DNA from: an uncultured Solirubrobacterales bacterium
GTDB lineage: Bacteria; Actinomycetota; Thermoleophilia; Solirubrobacterales; Solirubrobacteraceae
Assembly (NCBI GenBank): GCA_963757995.1
Contig: CAVWTS010000011.1
Location: 1,243 to 65,242 of the forward strand
Direction: 5' to 3'
Length of the DNA stretch: 64,000 bases
Positions 18,901 to 26,962 of the stretch are shown one piece after another; the first letter of the stretch is position 1; each line of letters opens with the position of its first letter. The position numbers and the translations under genes are program-made. Below the pieces are notes generated by a model, which saw nothing but the letters and a program-made list of their open reading frames with translations, searched no databases and had not been told where the DNA came from.

Positions 18901-20593
18901 CAAACGCGCGGCTCGGTTCTGGCCAGGCGACCGCGCGCAGCGTCGGCGAGCTGACCGCGCCACTGCTCGTTTGCAGGAACTCTCGTTCCCAGCCGTGCCC
19001 GGGCGTGTAGCGCGCCACGACGCCGTCTGCGCCCACGGCCAGCGCCTGGGCGCCGAAGTCGCCTGCTGGACTTCCAGGCGCAGAGGCCACAGCGGTGAAC
19101 GGCGCGCGCGCGGCGACCGGCCAGCCCACCATCCGCGCAGGCTGCTGCGTGGTTGTCACCTGCACCGGGCCTTCGAGCCATCCGTCGGTGGGGGCATAGA
19201 AGGCGCCCCCGGGCGCATTGTCGGCTCCAGCCCCCGGCATCCGCGTAAAGGTCGCGCTTTCGAAGCTCAGGTAGCTGCCCATGTTCGTCGTATCGCCTCC
19301 ACCAGGCACCAGTGGATTGGTGACGATCCGCATGCCGTAGCCGGGGCCTTCGAAGGCGAAGCTGCGGTAGCCGGCAATCCGCCCGAAACGCGCGCCAAAC
19401 GGATGTTCGCAGATCGCGACATCGGAGCCATCGCGCGCGTCGCACCAGCTGCCTGTGACCTTAGCTTCGGGGATGTCGTAGTAGAGCGTGAAGTCGTATC
19501 CGTCCGGGCCGCCATTGACCGTCTGCATATTGCCGTCGACCCACACGCCTTTTTCGGTAACAGTCAACGGCTGTGCCTGACCGGTCAGCGGGCCGAGCTT
19601 CGAGATACCGCGCGCAGACGTTTCCGCAGCCGCGAACAGCGATGAACCGAGCGATGCTGCTTCCCAGCGAAATTCGCCGGCCTTGACTTCCTTACGCTCA
19701 AAAAGCAAGATCCCCAGGTCGCTGGCGGCTTCGGCCTCTCCCAGCAGCCACAGGTTCTTGGGCGAGGTGCCGGCGATCGCCACGATTGTGAAGCTGCCCG
19801 TGTAACCAGCGGGCAGCTCAACCGGCTCGCGCGTCCACTTTTCCCCATTCCAGCGCGCGACGCCCAGGTCGCGCGTGCGCCCCAGTGCTCCGAAATAGGC
19901 TTCGGTGTGACCTTCGTTTTCAACCGCCGCGTCGGCGACCGCGCCAGAGCCTTCCTTTTCGGCGAGTGCCTCAGTGTTCGTGTCGCTGCTTTCGCCCGGT
20001 TCGTCGGGTTCGCCGGCGCTCAGCAGTACACCGGCAGGCGGTTCGGACAGAACGTGAAAGCGCCCGCCGGGGTCGCGCTCGAGTACGACCGTCTGCTTGC
20101 CGCTGGGACGGGTCGAGTCATTGCCGACGAGCAGCCCGCCTCCGTGCGGCGCGATCCGCGCCGAGAGGCGGTTCGGTTCCATGCCACGGTATGACTGCCC
20201 CGCTTCGTTCAGCGGTGTTTCCGCGATTGACCAATCGGGGGCGGCGTCGGTTGCACGCTCGAAAACGAGTTGGCCCTGCGGGCTTGTCTTGGCGGCGGGC
20301 GCGAACGCCGCAGCTTCGGGGCCCCTGGGAGGAGGCACATCGAGTGGCAGCAACCGATAGGCCCACGCTTCACCCGGTGTGCCGGAGGTTGCGGCGCCCA
20401 TCAGCACGGTGCTTGCGTCGGCAGTGCCGAGCGCCGGCTGCGGCGTGGGGGCAACCTCGCTGGAGGCGGCCGCGCGCGCCCCGTGACCGGCGATCTGCGA
20501 TACACCTAGAGCCGTAAGCGAAATAGCGGCCAGCAGCGCTGACACGAGGCGCCGGCTACCCAGCCGCGGCGCTCGGAGCTGGGTGTCATCCAC
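15986..20593 (-). CDS. Giant (~1535 aa) anchored beta-propeller + degenerate metallophosphoesterase-fold protein; paralogue of the C-terminal part of 5085..12311
   Basis: Shared motifs with the 2408-aa protein (EAWAY, WSIAETP, ALAVGADG, GDGYLLRE, HYAFD..VRVIVID, YTFTSSEP, CAFNPGTT, PCGTV); GTG at 20593 overlaps the upstream stop. Confidence 0.85.
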   Translation of the reverse strand: MDDTQLRAPRLGSRRLVSALLAAISLTALGVSQIAGHGARAAASSEVAPTPQPALGTADASTVLMGAATSGTPGEAWAYRLLPLDVPPPRGPEAAAFAPAAKTSPQGQLVFERATDAAPDWSIAETPLNEAGQSYRGMEPNRLSARIAPHGGGLLVGNDSTRPSGKQTVVLERDPGGRFHVLSEPPAGVLLSAGEPDEPGESSDTNTEALAEKEGSGAVADAAVENEGHTEAYFGALGRTRDLGVARWNGEKWTREPVELPAGYTGSFTIVAIAGTSPKNLWLLGEAEAASDLGILLFERKEVKAGEFRWEAASLGSSLFAAAETSARGISKLGPLTGQAQPLTVTEKGVWVDGNMQTVNGGPDGYDFTLYYDIPEAKVTGSWCDARDGSDVAICEHPFGARFGRIAGYRSFAFEGPGYGMRIVTNPLVPGGGDTTNMGSYLSFESATFTRMPGAGADNAPGGAFYAPTDGWLEGPVQVTTTQQPARMVGWPVAARAPFTAVASAPGSPAGDFGAQALAVGADGVVARYTPGHGWEREFLQTSSGAVSSPTLRAVAWPEPSRAFAVGDLGAMWIWRAETGLWEKDPAAPLDGFQGNLDGIAFDPRDPGIGYAVGQSGALLSYGKSWTQEESLPSGFAETNFSSVTFAGSEAMVTAEHDLLVNKGSGWEVEPEVHELLASLPSVPSLNVVAGLPNGGAVLAGHDVVLERDSAGAPWHFSDEPIVNETAIAAVPLLEGETVRALLSVVPDFTYPPPFILPQVDPNSPPPLIPPYPLPGDGYLLRETPDGWEDEERAAYAGDSQDKPLKVDSIAALDIGTNGSGWALGGWSGESDDAGRGSDASGGSGQAARENVQTAGVYSYAAAGNPPAPTGETVAPIPMQPGVATFAVGGHAECIEACAALADEGIAPDRNLSAALGEIAGLSAQPNGPRMLLYTGGRETPGEGPESPAEANRYAQLMSGGGSLPVYPALSAGDSEGSEDSAFGAAFAGSNAPFGEGGTPTGVSTTNIPPPTGAVRPGARTHYAFDSTGSAGTVRVIVIDNSRGSLAASDPYQNPAEPQAPWLERMLADARARGIPAIVVGSRELNPNLPPALNAAADTAEEAQMMVAGGASAYLYERPEESRTSQIPSGGAVTIPEFGTGSLGYRSAVSDSFTPGQPDALFGTNGYLLVSVEVAKRNPATNVAPVAARLIPLVQEVSLDPVDGALLRRSAPALFTGLGRRPLAGDRWGPISASSGSPSPPGSDPYAEFPPALCRQSDCSSAIEPEYTFTSSEPEIANFVEQDPNSTNLRKPLQNAEGHVIPDSRSSILCAFNPGTTIVTVSAGGLSYSIPVTVQGGSVEQPCGTVPLSPSHFKVAASSAAAVPTAPPPSPAPAPAPIAPPPPPSVVPAAVTKVVPKPAPKVALPLAFLPIVQVPAAGGVRVVPPPPAASFADTIPPGGATVRVFEEKREEEAAPEQSQAFARYPTSVPARAYASAGTSGGSPRLAVYGPPLAVLILLAGAGASIGRGRRRSRRAAFARLYMQQPTSTSSSRRRT

Positions 20594-22304
20594 GGCGATG
20601 CACGCTCGTGCTGACCGCATTGGGGCCCGTTCCGACCGAGCCTTCGGAGCCGGTCGCGGGCACGGGCTTTGGCTTTGTCAGCTCCTTGGTCACAAAGCTG
20701 AGGCCACTCGGCCACCGCTTGCGTTGCAGCCGCAAAGACAGCGAATGCCGACCCGCCTGCAAGCGCTCGTCGGGCGTGCGCGCTACGACCTTGCCGTGCA
20801 GTTTGGCCACCAGCCGCACGTCGGCGAGACGCGTCAGATCGAAGCCGATCGTGACGGTCAATCCATGGCGCGAGACTTTGACGTCCTTGAGCAGCGCCGG
20901 GATCACCTCAGGGAGTGGTTCGGCAGTCCCATGCGTTTCAATTGCCACCGGCGGCGGCGCGAACAATTGCGAGTCGTCCGGCGGCGGTGTGTCCGCGACG
21001 AACTGTTCGATCGACTCGTTGGGGCGCACAGTGATCGTGCCGGACCAGCTGGGATCGCTGTCTTCTGGGAGGACGGTTCCGTTCGTGAAGTGGAAGAGCC
21101 ACCCCGCCGAAGTGGCCAGCCACGCTTCTTCGGGCCCGGTGGCCGCGACGAGCTGCGCACTGCCTCGTCCGGCGCCCGACGCCGGCAGCGTCTGTTGGGT
21201 CGCGCTTCCATTGGCTCCGATCAACGCGACCTTCGCATAGTCGGTGGCGCTGCCACGTTCGGAGAGCATTTGGTCGGCAACCCAGGCATCTTCGCTTTCT
21301 GGCACCGGCGCGATGTCGACAAAACGTCCTTCGTCGCCGAATAGTGAGATTTCGAGCGGCACCTGGTTGAAATACGAGCCTGTGTAGCGAATTGCGACCG
21401 GCGGAGCGTGGACCGAGCCTTCCTTGGGCGCATTTGGGCCGGATGCGGCTCCACCGCCCGAGAACCATAGGTTGGATCCGTCGGCTTTGGCCGCTAGCAG
21501 CTCAGTCCCTTCACTGGGCACGCCAGGGTATGGGAACGGAAGGAACCCTGTATCAAGGAACGTTTCGCCCACGAGCTTGTGAATCAGGACCGGACCATTG
21601 GGCTCGGGCGTGGCAAGCGCAACTGGGTCTGTCCTGTCTCCCTCCTGTGTGCCAACAAGTGCGCTCTCATAGAACGCCCCGTCAAAGTAAGCAAGCGCAC
21701 TGACACCACGACCCTGCGGCTGGTAGGAGCTGATCAAGTTTGTGCCGTCCCAGTGCAGATGAAAGGCGCCGATGTGCTGACCGGAGGGATCCTCGCTGCC
21801 AATACCGGCGAACCAGCAGTCATCGGGCCCAGAACAGGCAGCGGCATCCATTGGACGGAAGGGTTCGGGCGACTGGTAGGGAGTGGAGTACGAGCCCACG
21901 ACTACCCCGTCCTCGAAGTGGCACAAACTGAGTCCCGATCCGACGCGCGGCTCACTCGGTTCGGTAATTACCCAGAACTCGTCTGCGCTTGCCCACGCAA
22001 TTCGTGAGACTTCCCCAGAACCACCACACACCGTTGAGAGTTGGTGCCAGCTGCGCCCGTTCCAGAAGAGCAGCCCGGTCGGCACGACAGCGTTACCCTC
22101 GACGCTCAACAGCCCCTCATTGGGTGCATAGAACTCCATATCGTCGGGGACGCCCAGCGGAACCTTGAAGGCGGCACCGGCAGGCGGCGGCGGCTGTTCC
22201 AATCGCCACGTCGCTTCGCCGCGAGCTACTCCCGGAGCGGCCGAGACGAGCGCCGCGACGACGGCGACCCCAGCCAGCAGAGTCCCGGTCGCCCGCGAGA
22301 TCAA
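20586..22304 (-). CDS. Secreted beta-propeller-like protein with basic C-terminal Ig-like domain; paralogue of 2955..4945
   Basis: Signal peptide; AACSGPDDCWFAG, HWDGT, EAWLAT; C-terminal LRLQRKRWPSGLSFV versus LKLDRKRWPTKVRFV. Confidence 0.8.
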   Translation of the reverse strand: MISRATGTLLAGVAVVAALVSAAPGVARGEATWRLEQPPPPAGAAFKVPLGVPDDMEFYAPNEGLLSVEGNAVVPTGLLFWNGRSWHQLSTVCGGSGEVSRIAWASADEFWVITEPSEPRVGSGLSLCHFEDGVVVGSYSTPYQSPEPFRPMDAAACSGPDDCWFAGIGSEDPSGQHIGAFHLHWDGTNLISSYQPQGRGVSALAYFDGAFYESALVGTQEGDRTDPVALATPEPNGPVLIHKLVGETFLDTGFLPFPYPGVPSEGTELLAAKADGSNLWFSGGGAASGPNAPKEGSVHAPPVAIRYTGSYFNQVPLEISLFGDEGRFVDIAPVPESEDAWVADQMLSERGSATDYAKVALIGANGSATQQTLPASGAGRGSAQLVAATGPEEAWLATSAGWLFHFTNGTVLPEDSDPSWSGTITVRPNESIEQFVADTPPPDDSQLFAPPPVAIETHGTAEPLPEVIPALLKDVKVSRHGLTVTIGFDLTRLADVRLVAKLHGKVVARTPDERLQAGRHSLSLRLQRKRWPSGLSFVTKELTKPKPVPATGSEGSVGTGPNAVSTSVHRRG

Positions 22305-24511
22305 GGTCCGTGCCCCGGGTCCTTGTGCGAGGCCCCTCCGGTGACATCGCGCAACTCGTTCAGATCGGTCTCATGGACTGTCGAGAGCACCGCGTCAAGC
22401 GCGACGCCCGACAGCGTCTCGTGCTCGATCAGCGCGTGCGCGGTCTCCTCGACCGCCTGCCAGTTGCGATCGAGGATCACGGCCGCCTTCGCCTCGGCGT
22501 CGCCGACGAAGCGCTCGACTTCGCGGTCGATCGTGTCGAGCGTCGAAGGGCCAACGGAACCGAGGTCCTGCAGCGAGGCGCCAAGGAACACCTCGCCGCC
22601 CTTCTCGCCGATCGTCACCGGCCCAAGCGCGTCGGACATGCCGAAGGAGGTGACCATCGTCCGCGCGAGGCTCGTGGCGGCGTGCAGGTCGTCGCTGACG
22701 CCGGATGACAGATGGCCGAAGGCGATCCGCTCGCCGGCGGTACCAGACACGATCACAGTCAACTGCGCCTGCAGGTCGGGTTCGGTCTGGATCAGCTGAT
22801 CACGGTCGGTCAGCATGTGCGCGGCCGTGCCGAGCGTGCGCCCACGCGCGACGATCGAGACCTTGCGACTGACTGAGGCTTGGCCAAGCGCCTCGGCGAC
22901 GACTGCATGGGATGCCTCGTGGATCGAGATCAGCCAGCGCTCCTGCTCGGTGAGGATGTGCTTCTTGGCTGGACCAGCGACGACCCGGTCGATCGCCTCC
23001 TCGAGCGTCGCCTGATCGATCAGCTCGTGTGAATCGCGCACGCTCAACAGTGCCGCCTCGTTGATCACGTTGGCGAGCTCGGCGCCACTGAAGCCCGGCG
23101 TCAAGCGCGCGATCTCCTCAAGCGACACGTCGTGGCCCATCGGTCGCTTGTTGCCGTGCAGACGCAGAATCTCCAGGCGCCCGTGCACGTCGGGCACGTC
23201 GATCGTGACCTGACGGTCGAAGCGTCCCGGGCGCAGCAGCGCCGGGTCGAGAATGTCCGGGCGGTTAGTGGCGCCCATCACAACCAGGCCACCGTCGCCG
23301 CCAAAGCCGTCCATCTCCACCAGTAGCGCGTTGAGCGTCTGCTCGCGCTCGTCGTTGCCCTGCCCGATACCGGCGCCGCGCTTGCGTCCCGCGGCGTCGA
23401 ACTCGTCGATGAAGATGATCGCCGGGGCTGTCTTGCGTGCCTTGGCGAACAGGTCACGCACGCGCGCGGCGCCGACGCCGACGAGCGACTCGACGAAATC
23501 AGAGCCCGACAGCGAGAAGAAGGCAGCGTCGGCCTCGCCAGCGACAGCCTTAGCTAGCAGCGTCTTTCCCGTTCCGGGGGGGCCCACAAGCAGCACTCCC
23601 TTGGGGGCCGCGGCGCCCACCGCGAGGTACTTGGAGGGGTCGGCCAGGTAGTCGCGAATCTCACGCAACTCGGCAACCGCCTCGCCCGCGCCTGCCACGT
23701 CAGAGAACGTGATCTGGTGCAGCGTGCCCTTTCCCTTGCGCTTGCCCTTGCCCGTGAACTTGGAGAAACCGGCGATCCCACCGGCGCCACCGTCGGCACC
23801 GAAGCGCATGAACAGGGCAAACAGGCACACGAGCAGCACGATCGGTATCAGGAACTGCACGAGGATCGCACGCTGTGCCTTTCCCGGCTGCTGGTCGACC
23901 GTCACAACCGTGCCAGCCGCAGCCAGGCTCTGAAGCAGCTGCTGGGTCTGCACACCTGAGGCCGGATAGGCAGCCCAGTATTCAAGCGGGGCCGGGATTG
24001 CTGTGCCGGTCGTCGTCGCGGTACCCGTGGTCGTAGCGGCGTCCGTGGTCGTAGTCCCTGTGCTCGCCCCGCTCGTGGCCGTAGTCGCCCCACTCGTGGC
24101 CGTTTTGTTGCTCGCACCACCCGGGTTGCTCGCCGACTGCTTGAGCGTTACCTCGACGCGATTGTCATGGTCGTACAACGTCGCAGTCGCGATCTGCTTG
24201 TGCACAGCCAGCTCGAGCACCCTGCTGATCGGCAATTCCGAGCCGTGAGTGTTGGGCCCGATCGCTCCGAGCAGCGAGAAGAACGTGATCAGCAGGCCAG
24301 CTGAAGCGACGACCAGGAACAGCGCGATCTTGTCGCGGAAGATGACGCGCCGTGCACCAGTGCCGAAGTCACCGAGCGCGACCAGCGCAGGGTTGCGCTT
24401 GTGTGCCAGGCCCGAGCGTACCTGCCCGCCCTTGGGCGGACGGATCGGTGCCGGGGGACGGCCGTTGCCCTGCGAAGAGGGGGGCGGAATTGTGTCTTCG
24501 TCGTCTGTCAT
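22301..24511 (-). CDS. ftsH: FtsH-family ATP-dependent zinc metalloprotease (divergent copy)
   Basis: Two TMs; GPPGTGKT; IIFIDE; [20 protein letters not shown]; HEASH; GVSDDL. Start 24511 follows GAGGGAG (24532 is the alternative). Confidence 0.92.
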   Translation of the reverse strand: MTDDEDTIPPPSSQGNGRPPAPIRPPKGGQVRSGLAHKRNPALVALGDFGTGARRVIFRDKIALFLVVASAGLLITFFSLLGAIGPNTHGSELPISRVLELAVHKQIATATLYDHDNRVEVTLKQSASNPGGASNKTATSGATTATSGASTGTTTTDAATTTGTATTTGTAIPAPLEYWAAYPASGVQTQQLLQSLAAAGTVVTVDQQPGKAQRAILVQFLIPIVLLVCLFALFMRFGADGGAGGIAGFSKFTGKGKRKGKGTLHQITFSDVAGAGEAVAELREIRDYLADPSKYLAVGAAAPKGVLLVGPPGTGKTLLAKAVAGEADAAFFSLSGSDFVESLVGVGAARVRDLFAKARKTAPAIIFIDEFDAAGRKRGAGIGQGNDEREQTLNALLVEMDGFGGDGGLVVMGATNRPDILDPALLRPGRFDRQVTIDVPDVHGRLEILRLHGNKRPMGHDVSLEEIARLTPGFSGAELANVINEAALLSVRDSHELIDQATLEEAIDRVVAGPAKKHILTEQERWLISIHEASHAVVAEALGQASVSRKVSIVARGRTLGTAAHMLTDRDQLIQTEPDLQAQLTVIVSGTAGERIAFGHLSSGVSDDLHAATSLARTMVTSFGMSDALGPVTIGEKGGEVFLGASLQDLGSVGPSTLDTIDREVERFVGDAEAKAAVILDRNWQAVEETAHALIEHETLSGVALDAVLSTVHETDLNELRDVTGGASHKDPGHGP

Positions 24512-24549
24512 GTCTCCCTCAGGGGCGCTCAACCGCCGCTCAGACCAAA

Positions 24550-24586
24550 GGCGACGCCCGGCACCGATGAGATGCCGGACGCCGCC
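24550..24586 (-). terminator. GC-rich stem-loop between the PstS-like gene and ftsH
   Basis: GGCGACGCCCGGCA..TGCCGGACGCCGCC imperfect inverted repeat; no U-tract. Confidence 0.4.
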
Positions 24587-24622
24587 GAGGGCCCGAGGGT
24601 TTGGGCTAACTGCCCGCTTGTC

Positions 24623-26677
24623 TTATTTCTTCTTGCCTTTTTTGCTTGCTTTTTTCTTAGGCGGTGTTACCGCTGCCTGCGTGACGGTCAGCGTCTTGGT
24701 CTGAGTCGCCGCCGTGCCGCCGGTCGGGGTGAACGTCACCGTTATCTTCACACTGAGCTTGTGCCCCTTGGCTTTGGCGAGCTTGCTCAACGCCGATTTC
24801 GAGATGGCAAGCGTCACCGTCCCTTTACCACCGGAGACATTGGCGCTCTCGCTTCCAACCGTCACGCCACCGCCGGTCGCCTTGACCTGCACGCTGCCTG
24901 CGTCCGGAAGCACGAGCGACAGGACGATGTTCTTGCCCTTGACCTTCGCACTTGCAATCGAGAAGGCGTTGCTTGGGATTGCCGGAGGGACAATGGATGG
25001 GGGCACGGATGGGGGCGGCGTTATCGGGCTGGCTTTTTTTTCTGGTTCTTTGCTGCCGCCAGAGCCCGCTTCCTTTTTCCAACCGATCGCTTCGACACCG
25101 ATACGCGCGATGTCGATGATGCTGACCGGCAGCGTTCCGTAGTCGTGCAGTGCCAGCTGGTACTGACCGTGGTCGGACTCCATAGCTTCGAAGTAGTCCT
25201 TTACCGTCCTTGCCTTTGCCTGTTCTTCTCCGGCTTCGCCGTACACCTTTGCGTAGTCGTCCCAGGCGAAGTCATACGTCAGACCGCACACTGGATACGC
25301 ATGTGTCGGTTCATTCGCGATTGCCGTCGCCGTCGAACCCGTGGCAATTGACTTTTCCCAGTCGCCGAGGGTCGGATCCGCGCCTTCGGTCGGGTAACCC
25401 CGATAGTCGGCGTCGGTGCAGTTCGCCCCTTCAGGCGAGGCGCTCAGATTCGACGTCGAGACTTCGGCCGGTTCCACGTAGGTAGTACCGACTTCATTTC
25501 CTTTTTCCGGGCTGACCGTTTGCATCGGGACCCAGTAGGTGTGGTCGTCTTTTTTCTTTTCCATGTAGAAGCCGTGCTTACGCGACGTAGCCAGGTCGGC
25601 ATAGCCGATCGATCCGTTGGTAGCCGCGACAGCTTCAGCAAGCGGCCCACCGCCTTTTTCAAGCGCTGTACAGATGTCGTTCGCCGATTCGCACACCTTC
25701 GTGCTTCCATTGACCTCGCTCGGCTGTTTCTTTTCGCCGTTGAAGGTTTCGGGCCAGTTGTGATTGTCGCCGGCGACAGGTGCTTCGGTCCACAGTCCGG
25801 TCGGTGCACCTGGAAGCAGGCTCAGGAACGCCTTGAAGTTGTAAGTCGTACCGGAGCCGTCAAAGCGCACGATGCGCATGACCGGCAGTTTTCCGCATTC
25901 TTCAGGTGTCGTCGGTTTGGCCGATTTCGCGTCTGTTTCCATGTCTGTGATGGGCACGATGTCTTCCCAGGTCTGTTTTGTGCCGTCCCAGATCTTCTCC
26001 ATCTCGGCATCGGTGACGTGCACGCGCAATGTTTCTTCCGCGTTGCTGTCGCCGGTCGACCCGCCGACCGGGTCATTGGGGCCACCAGTGCTCATGTCTT
26101 CGTTGAGGCTTCCGGCGCCGTTGGCGGCAGGCCCTGTTCCCGGTTCCTTCAGCTTGCAGCCTTCGGGGAAGTGGACGATGATCGCAGTGGCAAACGCCGC
26201 CACCGGGATCTGGTGGATTACACCTGGATGTTCTCCTCCCGCCGCATCCGCGTTGACCTGTTGCGTGACCGTCAGCGGTGCATCACTCCCGCCGAAGCGG
26301 GTCGATTCAGCCCGCTTGCCCGGGCCTGTTTCGCTGATCTTGAAGTCAAAGCATTCGGCCGAGCTCGCTTCGCCTCCGATCGAGGCGATGCCACAGCCGC
26401 TGCCTTCGGGTGCGTAGGTCACGGTCGGCGCGGAGCTGCCGCAGCCGTCCGAGCCGTGCCACAGCGTGGTCGACCAGAATTCCTGCTGGGCTTCCTTCTG
26501 CGCCGAAGAGCCCTGGCCGGCGACGGGAGCCCCGTCGCACTTGGCAATCGTGAATTCGGCTTGCGCCGGCGTGGGCAGCGAGACGGCGAGCAGCATCAAT
26601 GCCGCCACCGCGCATAGTGCCGCCACGGCAACGCGGATGCGACCGCCCTCAGCGGTCATGGGGAGGCTTACGCGCAT
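24623..26677 (-). CDS. Extended PstS-like protein with Pro linker and Lys-rich C-terminal Ig-like domain
   Basis: VAGQGSS, GSGCG, FGGSDAPL, RFDGSGTT, GSIGYADL, YPVCGLTY, YGTLP; many Cys; C-terminal ..LSVKITVTFTPTGG..KKGKKK. Confidence 0.85.
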   Translation of the reverse strand: MRVSLPMTAEGGRIRVAVAALCAVAALMLLAVSLPTPAQAEFTIAKCDGAPVAGQGSSAQKEAQQEFWSTTLWHGSDGCGSSAPTVTYAPEGSGCGIASIGGEASSAECFDFKISETGPGKRAESTRFGGSDAPLTVTQQVNADAAGGEHPGVIHQIPVAAFATAIIVHFPEGCKLKEPGTGPAANGAGSLNEDMSTGGPNDPVGGSTGDSNAEETLRVHVTDAEMEKIWDGTKQTWEDIVPITDMETDAKSAKPTTPEECGKLPVMRIVRFDGSGTTYNFKAFLSLLPGAPTGLWTEAPVAGDNHNWPETFNGEKKQPSEVNGSTKVCESANDICTALEKGGGPLAEAVAATNGSIGYADLATSRKHGFYMEKKKDDHTYWVPMQTVSPEKGNEVGTTYVEPAEVSTSNLSASPEGANCTDADYRGYPTEGADPTLGDWEKSIATGSTATAIANEPTHAYPVCGLTYDFAWDDYAKVYGEAGEEQAKARTVKDYFEAMESDHGQYQLALHDYGTLPVSIIDIARIGVEAIGWKKEAGSGGSKEPEKKASPITPPPSVPPSIVPPAIPSNAFSIASAKVKGKNIVLSLVLPDAGSVQVKATGGGVTVGSESANVSGGKGTVTLAISKSALSKLAKAKGHKLSVKITVTFTPTGGTAATQTKTLTVTQAAVTPPKKKASKKGKKK

Positions 26678-26798
26678 GAGCGTGAAGTGTCCTTTCGAGA
26701 GAGTCGAGGTTCGTTCACGGATATGGGACCGATGAACTGGAGATAGAGCGGATGAACGAGTCCGAGTCTCACAGCGCACACGGTCGAGCGCAATCCCT

Positions 26799-26902
26799 GT
26801 TTACAGAAGCGACACATCCTGGTCACAGCAGTGAAACATGTCCGTCAGTGCCCATGGGAAATATTTCACGAGTTAGTATCTCGGCGGTAACAAGTCGGTA
26901 AC
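26799..26902. promoter_or_regulatory. Two PHO-box-like arrays upstream of the PstS-like gene
   Basis: TTTAC/GACAC/GTCAC at 26800/26811/26822 and GGTAAC at 26886/26897, all with an 11-bp period. Confidence 0.45.
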
Positions 26903-26962
26903 TAGATGCTCATGCGTGCCGTGTAACAAGGCGACCTCCGACTTGGGAATGAGAGCACAGGC

